DNA of 63,917 bases, the filler included, from Perkinsus chesapeaki ATCC PRA-425 (taxonomy: Eukaryota; Protista; Perkinsozoa): NCBI GenBank assembly GCA_013115145.1. It is 11 parts of 11 records of this genome, joined end to end, with 100 filler letters (N's around TTAATTAATTAA, not from the genome) between each part and the next. Parts side by side here need not be neighbours in the genome. Positions count along the whole stretch, not along the records: positions 1 to 18,778 come from JAAPAO010000654.1; 10 more parts are not named here. The stretch is one strand, 5' to 3'. Position numbers and translations under genes: made by a program. This document shows, one piece after another, positions 1 to 10,946 of this stretch (positions are counted from its first letter, which is position 1; each line of letters opens with the position of its first letter). Under the pieces are notes generated by a model. The model saw nothing but the letters and a program-made list of their open reading frames with translations. It was not told the origin of the DNA and searched no databases.

Positions 1-2271
1 TGGCACCTCCTAGCCACCAATTCGACCAACTCTAGCAGAGTGCCAATCTGCTGCATTGTACGCAGGTCTATGGTTACATTATATTTCCTATTTACCCAAC
101 CACATAGCGACAGCAATGGGCAGCCCAGGTCTTCCAGACGGGTCCCTGGTCCCCAGGAATCTATCACCAGATGGCTTACGAAGGACCTAAGCTGTCGCTT
201 GCTTTTCGCTGCTTCCTTCACCCTGTCGATGAACTCCCTTCGACGGCTTCGGCGCTTGACACCAATAGTAAAACCAGAAATGAAATAACAAATGATAATG
301 GACTCTATCAAAAAACGTGTTGGTATGAGGGCGGACAGGGCGGCCAGCAGGAGGAGGATACAGAGGGACACTGAGCTCGCCCAGGGACACTTCCACGTGA
401 AAAGATTCTTTGTTTTCTCCAACACCACACACGCGCTGAGGATAGCAAGAAGCGTATCTTCTATGTGCTGTTTGAGCTTATTGAACATAACCTCCCACGG
501 TGTTGGAACGGTCGACCGCGGCATGGCCATTACAGGCGTTGGGCTCAGAGAAGGCGACTCTCCTTCGACTGACAGAGTCGATGAGGCTCTTGGGAGGAGC
601 TGGACCGAGAGGACCCTTTGTCGAAGGCCGCTCTCTGATTGAGACCCCAGGGCCTTGGCCACCGGAGCTGGACGAACTTTGGCACCTCTGAAGAGCCTAC
701 GTCGGACGTAACACCAGGCATCACACTCTTTAAGCCAATTACCATCCCCAAAGGTCATAGAGTATTGGTAGCCATTCTCATCGGTAGAAGCATCAACAAT
801 AACTTGCCACGACCAGCAGCTGCCATCGGACATCACCGTCCTGGGCCCTTTACATGGTACGGTCTCGACGCCTCCAGAGCTGCCCACTAGAGTGCTCCAT
901 TGGGGAGGGTCCCACAGTAGGAGATGCTCCGCCGAGAAATCAGCGAACAAAAATAGCCTTCTCTCGCTCTCATAAACGTCCATCCTCTCCCCCGACTCCA
1001 TAGCGTCTCCCACCTTCTCCCACTTGCAGTGTCCCAATCGACGCGTCCAGCCGCTGAGCCTATTACGGACGGCCAGAGCTAGCGGGTGACGCTTGAGGAG
1101 GGAGAGGATGCCCAGGCTGAAGAGGAAGAACAAGGTGTATTCATATAGTTGGATAACCCATATAGACAACCCGACCAGCCATACCGCGGAGACCACGGGC
1201 CGCTCGAAATAGCTTACTGCTTGGATCTTATCGGCGAACCCACGAGCAAGGGAGAAATCCTGCCCGATACGGCGGAAGCACGGCCCCAGAGAGGCATCGG
1301 TGAAGTTATTAAGAGTAAGCTCTTGGGGCCAGCCACACTCCGGACCACGGATAGGCATCAAGTACCGTGACCACACTGGGAAGGACCCTCCGGTAACTTC
1401 AACAACGAACTCTATCCGTCCAATTCTGCTGCCTACTGCTGCTGTCGCCTCCTTCGTATCCAGCGGAGGTTCATAGCTTATTATTTGTGATCGCTGTTTG
1501 GCTACTTCATATAATGGACAATGGACTTCCAGCCCTTTAACCGGCGGACCACGCTCACCTGGTTGCTCCAGCCAGACTGATATCTTTATACAGGAGTTGG
1601 GGTTGCTGTGTATCACAGGTACATCCTTGACCTCTATGGGACAGGAGTCGGCAGCGGCGCTACGGACACTGTAACCAGCATGACCAACCTCTAGTGAGAA
1701 CTGGCTAGCTCCGTGCACTGACACCAGCAGTACCCTGAAACGGCCCAAACCCCCCTCCCTTGCCGTCAGCTCATCACGGCATGCCTCACTGATACGATCA
1801 GACCACTTCCGCATTTCTGTCGCACTGGTAAAGGCGAATGTCAAAGGGTACTTATAGACGTCGAAGGGCACGTAAAGAGTGAGCATGTGCTGGTGGCTCC
1901 CCATTGCCCTAGCGACAGCTAAAGGGTCCCCCGGGGCCACCCAAGCGCCGGCCAAGTCCAAGACCTTACCCTCCATGAACAGTACACTGTGGGCCTTACT
2001 CTCACGGTACTGGATACCTAACCGTACGAACTTTGGCCTCCAGTAGTCTTGTGGGCTGAGTTCTACGATCCGGCTGACCTCTGCTATCCCCTGGGCAACA
2101 TAGTCCCCAAAACCTGGCACCACCAACCCACCCTGACCATCCTTTAATCGACTACCCCCTTCATTGAGTAGCCTAACCAACGAGTGCCGCATAGGCTGCT
2201 TATTACGCAGCTTCATCAGCCTCCCTGACAATACATCGCCGTACCCTTCCGCACTGACCGGCTCCGTCATA
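1..2271 (-). CDS. Multi-exon membrane protein: PH-like N-terminus, PRT_C/reticulon-like hydrophobic segments, DysF (peroxin/ferlin) domain; 3' end runs off the window
   Basis: ATG at 2271. Spliced reading gives WRPKFVRL...AFTSATEMRKWSDRI (PH-like), DVYESERRLF..LLLWDPPQWS and WQVIVDASTDENGYQYS..W..VRRRLF (DysF N- and C-halves), and LEKTKNLFTWKCPWASSVSLCILLLLAALSALIPTRF (PRT_C-like). The last exon is open to position 1, so it is absent from the ORF track. Confidence 0.7.
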
Positions 2272-2354
2272 GTAAAACTGACGATGAGCTTGCCTCACTA
2301 GCACCTCGGAAAACACAAGAAATGATATATATCACAACCACTCCGTTCATGGAA

Positions 2355-3459
2355 TTAGGTCGCCTCCGTGGCAATGAATTGCAGATGGATTGCCTTCCCA
2401 CTGTGGCCCCCTTCCTCACCTTCATCCTCCTTTGTATGTACATACCTAAGAACAATAATACCGCAATTGCCTTCTCCCCAATAGCATCACCTTCCAGCAA
2501 CTGTATGATGGTTTGGCAGCTTCCAATAACCTTCACCATGAGGCTTATTATCTCTAAGCACCACAACAACAATCAGATATCCATGCCTGGCAGTGGCCCC
2601 ACTTGAAGTCCCCGGTGTATCGAAGTCCATTAGGTAAGGTCCACGTGCCGGTAGTGAGGCTACCATCCCTCCATTCCCCTGCTATTGAGGACCCATCCTT
2701 ATACACATAAGTGCCATTACCATGCTTTCGACCGTTACACCAATCGCCTGACCGCCGAATATACCCGGAAAAACGAATTAGATGTTTCACAGGACTTCGT
2801 AAAGGGCAAATTTATAAGTTTGCTCGGCATGTCCTATTCATAATGCTAGCCCATCCTATTCTGTTATCCCCGCGTCTTCCCATCATCAACGACACTTCCC
2901 TGCCGAGGTCGAATGCGCCCTACCTACCCGAGTAGGCGTCTCCATTATTGAACCTATACGTTCCTTGGCCATGCTTCTGACCCTCTTTAAACTGTCCGTG
3001 ATATGTACCGCCTCGAAGACCATGGTCTAAGCAAGCCATTCCGCCACTCAAACAATGTATTGCCATCCTGTTCACCCCCACCACCATCACCAGCCTCCTC
3101 CTCCTCTTCACCCACAGCCTTCTTGCCAGTATACACCAGACGGCCCCTACCGTGCTTTTCATTCTCTTGGAACTGTCCGGTATAGATGTCCCCATTCCGG
3201 TACCAATACCTGTTGCCAGGGACCCTAGTGGTGACAGGCCAATGTACCCTACGTTCCGTGGCCATGTCTGATACCCTCATCGAAGTCACCATCATACACC
3301 TCACCATTGCCGTAAACAGCTCTGGCTCGGCCGGTGAAATCTCTCGACGAGTGCGTTACTAACGAAGGACTACAGTGTTCCATATCAGCCCCACTTACCA
3401 GTGCCATCCTCTAGTGTGAGGCTATACGGGGGCACTTCCTCCTCGCCAGCTTCTGCCAT
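2355..3459 (-). CDS. MORN-repeat protein, radial spoke head 1 (RSPH1)-like, multi-exon
   Basis: MAEAGEEEVPP start at 3459. Repeated MORN motifs: YDGDFDEGIRHGHG, YTGQFQENEKHGRG, YHGQFKEGQKHGQG, GDWCNGRKHGNG, DNKPHGEG. Short GT-AG introns. TAA at 2355-2357. Confidence 0.85.
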
Positions 3460-3634
3460 ATTATTCAAGTCCTATCTTCTTGTATAGAAAGCCAGCACAA
3501 CTCAAGCTATACTAGAAATATAATTTCCATGGGCATGATGACGTCAAGTAGCCTTCACTCGTTCGCTCACCATCAGCCGTCTTGACTCCAATGGATCCAC
3601 CACAAACGTCCGGACCTAGCTAGCACGTCCGGCC

Positions 3635-4823
3635 TCAAGGTGGCTTAGGGGTTACTACCAAGCCATTCCTATAGCAGAATGATAGCAAGCACATCCCTAT
3701 GAGATAGATCGGAAGCGCCAGAGCTAGGTATTGGATCCAGGCAAACTTCAAAGTCTCAAACCCCTCCATTTGATATGACCTGTCCACCTGGGATGTTCGA
3801 CCGTTCACTACCGTCTTACACTGGCTGCTCTGGTATAATATAGCTTATGACAGCAGTGAACTCATTGGAGCTACTGGCTGGAGTATCGGACCTGCCTCGA
3901 CCATATCCCATAAAAATTGGCCATCCCTTACCAGATGTCAGGGAAGGACCTCGTCCCTATCAAAGACACTGCTCTGGCAGCCTGTAGGCCACCCAAGGTG
4001 GTCAAGAAATCACCTCCGCTGCTAGAAGCCTGAAGGGGCCGTTGGCAAGCCGGTATACTGACCCATCTGACCTGGTCAAAGATGCTTTCACTGCTAGCTT
4101 GAAGGCCTTCACTAAGTGCAGTACTCTGTAGAAGGTCCAGACGCAGCCACGCTGTGAGGCCGGAGGAGCTTGGTAGACCGGTTGGCCGAAGGAATTCGGT
4201 ACCGACTACAGTGAAAAGCATCCAACAGCACCAAGCGGCCGTGAGAGCACCAGCTGTATAGGCTAAAAGTTTTCGTTTTTTCGCCAGTTCTATTTTGAAT
4301 TCTCCGATGAAGTGCAATGATGCTACGTCTGACAGATAAGCCGAGCTTCAACCTAAGATACGTCCTTTACCTCCGATGCTTGCATTGACTGCCACTTCGA
4401 GTGTTATTTTATCCTTGGTAGCAGTAGGTCGTACACTAAAGGCCGACCTGGCTAATGGCTGAGCATTGGCCAGCATCTACTGAAGCAGTAAAGGACAGTA
4501 AGGACCCACTACAGTACATAGATGTTATTAGTGAAGGTCACTACAGGCCTTTCATGGTAGGTTGAGGACCTCACCCACAAGGCATCTCCGATCAAGGCCA
4601 GGATAAGCGGTACCTGGGGCCATGGTAGGGGCCTTAGAGAGGCCTATATACTACAACTAATACAGTGATGGCCACTACTAACCATAGACAGTATGCAAGG
4701 GAGCATCGACCTAAGATACTATACCCGGAGTCGTCCTCCGGGGGTATGTGCCTTACTAGTAGCGATAAAGTGAACTGCATGGCCCTCGCTGTAGACCTTG
4801 GCGGGGTGAAAAGGGAATAACAT
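3635..4823 (-). CDS. TMEM231: Ciliary transition-zone protein TMEM231, multi-exon
   Basis: VPLILALIGDALWVRSSTYHERPVVTF near the N-terminus and GFETLKFAWIQYLALALPIYLIG..CYRNGLV at the C-terminus match remembered TMEM231 signatures (KFAWIQY). ATG at 4823, TGA at 3635-3637. Confidence 0.85.
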
Positions 4824-4942
4824 GAGAAAGACTTTGTGGACCGGGACTCTGGCTATCTTGCTTTCTTAACAAATCTTGGATTTTCTCAAGTTGTCGAGAG
4901 CATTTTGGTAACTAGCAATTGTTATTCGCATTTGCTGCAGAG

Positions 4943-6283
4943 ATGTCACCGTTGGATGAGCTCATACCAGAGCTCACTAACCTGCCTTTGGATACGTCTC
5001 GAAGGCAGTCATGCTATGTTACACTCGCTAGGATATTAGGAAATATTAGAGATGATCCTACTGAGGACAAATACCACACCATAAAGAAGTCGGCTAAGGT
5101 AAGGCATATCTCAAGGTTAACCGTGCAAGATACAAAATAGGTTAACTTGTGTACTCGGTATTACTCAACCGAAATACTTTCAGGTGCTCCAAAATTCACT
5201 ATGTGATCCCCATACCGGACAGCTATATAGCCCAGTTATAGGCATATTAAGAGAGGCTGGTTTCAAAGAGACCGTCGATGCCTACGTCTGGGACCCTTCT
5301 AGTGACCAACAACGTAAACGGTCCTCGGTATTTCACCCTTCTTACTCAACCAATTCAGATGAAGCTCTTATTGACGCAGCTGAACGTATAGAGGATTTAA
5401 GGAATGCCTTGGTAGCAGCGTCTCACACCAGACCGAGCGGTACTAGGGCGCATAACGTACCAACGCTTTAGTTCGTATTCACTGTAGCCACTGGCACTGG
5501 TACTTTGGGCTCGAAGCCAGTTAGCGGACAAACACGACAGTTTGCCAGACGGACGGATGCCGAAAAGAAGAGGGCTGCCCAAGAGCAACAGATGAAAAAT
5601 CTGAAGCAGGCGTCTCGGGACAAGTACACAACCAGCTTGCTTCGACGGGGAGACGCCTTCATCAGGTTCTACAACTCCACGACTGTTTTACCCACAACCA
5701 GCAGTGGCACTACACGATCGACGTCCAGCTCCGAATCGCCGGAACGCAGCAAAGAAGATGGCCTGCGGCCAACTAGCTCTGGCAAAACAAAACGAACGGC
5801 ATTTGACTTCGAAAGTCGACAGGCTAGAGTCGACCGTGAACAGCGGGCACAGAACCAACTTACCCAATTAAGAGAGGAACAGAAGCGAAGGTCATAGCCC
5901 GGGAAGGACATGGCTAGAGGTGTCAGAATGCGTTATTAGGTATGAAGAAGCATCAGCCGACCCTAGCACCTTCAACACCGCAGCCTACAGAAAGCCCCCG
6001 AGTATAGCCCCGGGTGGCAGGACGGAGGGCAGTAGCTGGACCAGCTGGATACCATTCTTTGGGGGCTCATCATCATCTCGGGATGGTACGCCTTCACTAT
6101 GTAGTGTTGATAATGATACCTTTTTAGATGACCATAACCGTCGTGGTGGACAGCAGCAGCCTGGTCGACCTAATGTTAAGGGAATCGGGGATCTGCCCAA
6201 ACCTCCTAGAGGCGGCTGAGGTACTAAGGCAGTGGGTGTTACTGGGCGAAGGATAGGATTAATCAGGTTCGGCGGCATGCTAG
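4943..6283 (+). CDS. PUB-domain (p97/VCP-binding) protein with C-terminal GG-UGA-G; candidate selenoprotein
   Basis: TLARILGNIRDDPTEDKYHTIK...GILREAGF fits the PUB consensus. Inferred introns 5099-5183, 5440-5487 and 5891-5939 keep the frame. Ends RPNVKGIGDLPKPPRGG-TGA(6217-6219). The CDS ends at 6219 if TGA is a stop, or 6283 if it is Sec with intron 6221-6266. Confidence 0.85.
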
Positions 6284-6307
6284 ATGTCCGTCCATCTAAG
6301 GCCTGTA

Positions 6308-6376
6308 GATAGCCAGCGAATGATCGTATGGGAGCAAACCACCATAGGCCTCTCATATGTTGAAATGCTAGTTATC
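6308..6376 (+). promoter_or_regulatory. Eukaryotic SECIS element (AUGA/AAA/GA type)
   Basis: Helix I: GATAGCCAGC(6308-17)/GCTAGTTATC(6367-76), 9 of 10 pairs. ATGA at 6320-23. Helix II: CGTATGGGAG(6325-34)/CTCTCATATG(6350-59), 10 of 10 pairs including G-U. Apical AAA at 6336-38, 12 nt after AUGA. GA at 6362-63, with one bulged U next to the core. Confidence 0.85.
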
Positions 6377-6438
6377 GTCACTTCATGTGGCAGGACTTAG
6401 GCTCTTTCTGACACCTCTAGCTCTGTAGCACCATTTGT

Positions 6439-8476
6439 CTATTCTGTACCAATTCGCATAGTCCACGCTACCAACAGTGCGTCCAGTGTACGCCTCCTCC
6501 TCTCCTGCCGGTAGTCTGCCAAACACTCATCGAACGTTGTCTGATTCCTACGTGTTCCCATCTTGTGTTTAGTGTCCCAGAATGGTGCTTCTTGTTGCCC
6601 GCTCAGTCTGTATAATCGCCACTGGTGGGGGGAACTAGGAAACTTAGAAATCCTTGAGAGTTCCGCGGCGCACCATTTTACTGTGACGGTAACGGCTTTA
6701 GTGATATCGTGGAAGAGCCGCCGTTCATTAAGCAGAGGGAGCAAGAAAAGCCTATTGGACTTTTTATTACATCTCCGGTGTATAGGGTGGTAACAGTTAC
6801 CCCATATCCTCTTCCATGGCATTCCATGCCAACTCCGAGGAACTACCGTTACGCTTGGAGATCGTAGTAAGCAGCATCGACGTCTCTCCGGTGGTAGAAC
6901 AGATATCTCACTTAGTGGGATCGGCAGCTGGCAAGGCCTGTGAGGTAGGCTCTAGCTCTCTGCTATGTATACCACTACTTGCCAGTTGTCGTTACGGTTA
7001 ACACTAATGGAATATCCTGTACTGTCTATTGTCCCTCCAGCGGTTGACATTGAAGCATCGCCTGTTGTGGATTTTGGTGGACGGGGAAAGTCATGGTGAT
7101 ATTCGCGCTTGTGGCGGTTTACATGTGCTGATGTTCAGTGACTTCACAGTAAAAGCGGAGGCGGCGGGGTTCGAACCTGTGCCTCTCTGGCTCTTGCTTG
7201 TAGTACTGCACGGCCCCTCCTCACTGTACAATTCTCCCAGGTCCTGCGTGTTGGTCCAGATGAGCCATACCTGCTGGCGACGGCCTGCTTCGATATGCGC
7301 CGATACGTCCAGAAAGCCGCCGCACAGATGTCCGACCATCCCCCGGTCCCGTTTGATAGAATAAAGCTAGCGCTAGCTCCCACCACTGGTCGGATGGCCC
7401 CGTTGAAGCCGAGCATTGCGACATGTTTCAGATTTACCTGGCTCAGTTGAAGTGTCCGTGTTCCTTCGAATGTCGAAGGTCTGCGGCACGGCGCCGCTCA
7501 GACGGGACAAGGCCTCGGAAGCCGTGGAGCCACCGCGGCAGCAGCAGCAGCAGCCCACAGTGGTATGTGCTACTGCAAACGTGGGCACGGAGCCATGGCC
7601 TGGAGGAGAGGAAGAGCATGGACACCCGTATACCGGGGGGCATTCACAACGGAGAAGCGATGGGCTTATGATTAATACTGAGCACGGTCGAGACGGCGAT
7701 CGGGGGAGGTCAATGAGCCGCTCTAGAGGGGGGAGAGCACATAGCACTGGCCTTAGTCCAGGACGGCTACGGCAACGACTGTCTCATAGTGTAGAGGAAC
7801 AACTAAGACGATCTAGGGAAAGGCGAAGGACACTTTCAAGGAGCCTATGTGAACTCGCAACGCTGTTTGGATCCCGATCACTTCTCTTCAGCTCGTCGCC
7901 GGCGTTCGCGGTCTCCTCCTATGTCCGCTCTCGGCCAACTCAACCGCCGCGGTCGAGAACGGTTTGGATCTGTTATGCGTAGGGTGCCCGTTGGCGATAG
8001 GGATGTAGTGTCTGCCAGGTCGCAGCACCAGCGAACACGCTCTACGGCTATCCGCACCCTATCAAGGTGATGGGTCACCTAGGCTACCCTCTACCGCTCC
8101 TTCGCTTCACGACGTTCTAGCTGCTGATGACCAGGACGCCAGGAGGAGAAGGGCATCATTAGGAGCTGCTGTGGGTTACTATTGGAGCTTTGCTCGAGAC
8201 ATCTCGCGCCAGGTGGCCTCCCCTTCTAGCCGTAAGCCGAGCACGGCTCCGTCCCATCGTCGCGTCCCTCTGGCCAAGACATTGTCGTTGATACAGGAAC
8301 TGTCTTCTGAAATTACTAAAATTCAGCGAATGACCGCGTCCAAGGCATCGCGTGGTGCCGCCTTTGGTGGGGAGACGGTTACGTGTTATTGCTGTGGGGC
8401 AGAGGTGGTGCTTGTTAATCGTTAGTTTAGCACAATGATATCTGATCAGGTCCCCATAAGCCGAGCCGACATCCAT
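6439..8476 (-). CDS. Hypothetical multi-exon protein with Ser/Arg-rich low-complexity middle; boundaries uncertain
   Basis: Chain of protein-like minus-strand segments (8159-8476, about 7000-7400, 6439-6822) separated by GT-AG-sized gaps. No family recognised. Confidence 0.45.
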
Positions 8477-8705
8477 GCAAAGAGGCGATGCCTTCGAGTG
8501 CTGCCCAGCGCACTGTCATCAGTCCATGATGTGGCAGGAGCTAGTCGCCGAGTATCTCGGCAAGTTTGGCGTTAGTGCACTGTAAATTGAGTAGTTCCCT
8601 ATTATGTACCATGATAATATCTTTTCCCCCTAAATCCTTCTCTTGTTGTATTCTAGTGTGAGCTACCGCTGATGGGCCTTCTATCAGTTCATTAATCTCG
8701 TTATT

Positions 8706-10039
8706 ATGCACCACGGTTCCACGGGTGTAATAGGTGCAACAGCGTCATTGGTAGTGACGTGTGTAGGCGTTGGTGTCCTGGGTCTACCTAAGGTCATGCA
8801 GCAATCCGGATGGATAGGAGGTTTCATCCTACTTTTCGTAGCAGGCCTGGCCTCTATGTGGATGGCCCGACACTTATGTGACGCCTGTGTTGCCCTGAAG
8901 AAAGGCACCGAGTATCCTTCTTTCCAGGATGTTGGTATGCGAACCTTTGGTGTTGCTGGTAAATTGGCTGTTGTTCTCTGCATGGACATCTTCATGATCG
9001 GCCTTTGTGTAATTATGTTAATCCTATTCGCTCAGAATACAATGCGATTATGGCCTGTTCTCACGCAGGGCTGGTGGGTCCTAATTTACGCTTTATTGAT
9101 GATCCCTTTTGTTTGGATAAGATCAATGAAGCTTATCGGATGGCTGTCCTCTGTCGGTGTATTATCTATTATTGCTACTTGTATAGTTATTATTATAGCA
9201 AGTGCCACCAATGCTGTGAAGGAAGGTGACACGCTAGAATATCACCTTTTTAATGACCAGCTCGGCAGCGCTATGGCCACTCTGATGACCTCGTTCGGCC
9301 TAACAACTATGGTCTCAGCCGTCCTTAATAGCGTTGAAGAACCTAAAAAATTCAATAAGGCTTTAATAATGGCATTCGCCATTGTCTTTACTGTGTACAT
9401 TGGTATCATGGCTGCGGGCTACGCTGGGTATGGTGATCAGATTGCCCAGTATGGTGATATTGTAAGTGCAATATCCACATCAACTGGTAAACTGAATTGG
9501 GCTGGCTATGCTATTATAGTATGTATTCTAGTATTATGCGCTACACACTTCCTAGCTCTTTTCACACCAGTCGCTATGGACTGTGAAAGGCTCATTCCCG
9601 AGAAGGCCAGATTTCATCGTCTACTATCCTATCTTATACGAACTGTTCTTGTGGCGATATGTGCCTTACTAGCGACCGTCGTGCCAGGTGTTATGACGCT
9701 GATTTCTATCCTTGGAGCTATCCTTGGCATGCCATGTGTAAGACAATAGCCGGGTTCGTGATTTAGTCGAGTAGTATTCGAGCCCTGTGGAGTCCTTTCG
9801 CAATGAACGTATATTGTAATAAACTATCTTGGCTATTATATACTACACCCGACATACTTGCTATATGGTCATTATATGTCATTTGTTAGGTAATGTTGTT
9901 ACCTCTATTCTTCTACTGGAAGGCTTGCTTTGTTGATACTGCCGGAATTCGGGCTATTTATTCTGGCAGAGTGATTCACTTCATTGGGGAGATCATCGTA
10001 ATTCTCATCTCAATTTACACTCTAGTTTTCGGCCTGTAA
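8706..10039 (+). CDS. Amino acid transporter (Aa_trans/AVT-type), about 11 TM segments
   Basis: LVVTCVGVGVLGLPKVMQQSGWIGG start motif and alternating hydrophobic segments. Intron 9738-9889 continues into VMLLPLFFYWK. TAA at 10037-10039. Confidence 0.9.
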
Positions 10040-10946
10040 GTAGGGGGAGGTTACACAGCAATCTGGAATCAATCGGGCGACTACTTGATGTTATCAGATA
10101 CCAGACGATTATAAATATGTAATGGCATAGTCCTGATAAGCAAATCGTTGTCAATAGCGGCACATCAACTCTACTCTAAACCTGGGCTATTGCTACTTGT
10201 TACTCTGTTACCTTACTATTTACGGTCGATTGTTCTGCTATACACGCGCTCCAAGCGCTGAATTTTGAGCTCTCCATTCGACACTTGGTGAGACGTTTTG
10301 TCCTTCGTGTTTCGAAGCCCTTGAGCTGTTTTCAATTTCATACCCCACTGTTGGATCCTCTTCTGTTACTCACTATTGTAACATAATTCTGGCCTACTAA
10401 TAGTTGCGTTAATAGTGTCGATAAAACCAGCATATTCGTGAACATAATATAATGTGTTGCAAGCAGAAGTTGGCATTTAATCACTCAATATAGTATTCAA
10501 AGGGCAAGTCCTTTCAAGTCAAATTTGGTTGATGTGGCATGACCCGTATGTAATGCAGCGCTAGAGCTCTAATTCGCTACATTCGATTGACGAACTCAGC
10601 TCGGTACATATAGGCAAAACTCTGTAATCAAAGGGAGAACTCGTACGAGATAAACTGGTGGAAAAGAGGCAAGTTGAGGCACGAAAATCTGACTTACTGA
10701 GAAACAGTTAGTCGGCATCTAACCAGAGATGGATTGCTGGTAAGCATCCAGCCAAAAGTAGTGCAACCGTTCATGTAGCTCCATGGATAGAAGGGACGCA
10801 AACTGATCACTCACGGATGCTCCAAAAAAAGTTTGGGCATCCTCGTAGGAAAATTGGGTTTGCTTGCGGGACGAAAATATGTCCGATAAACCCCGCGAGG
10901 AAGAGTAAACATACAGTATAGTAAAGAAAGAAGTAGACCGAGTCTT

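Noticed and set aside
5985-6356. Minus-strand 123-aa ORF over the PUB gene tail
   Set aside because: Antisense shadow with no motif; the plus strand is explained by the PUB gene and SECIS.
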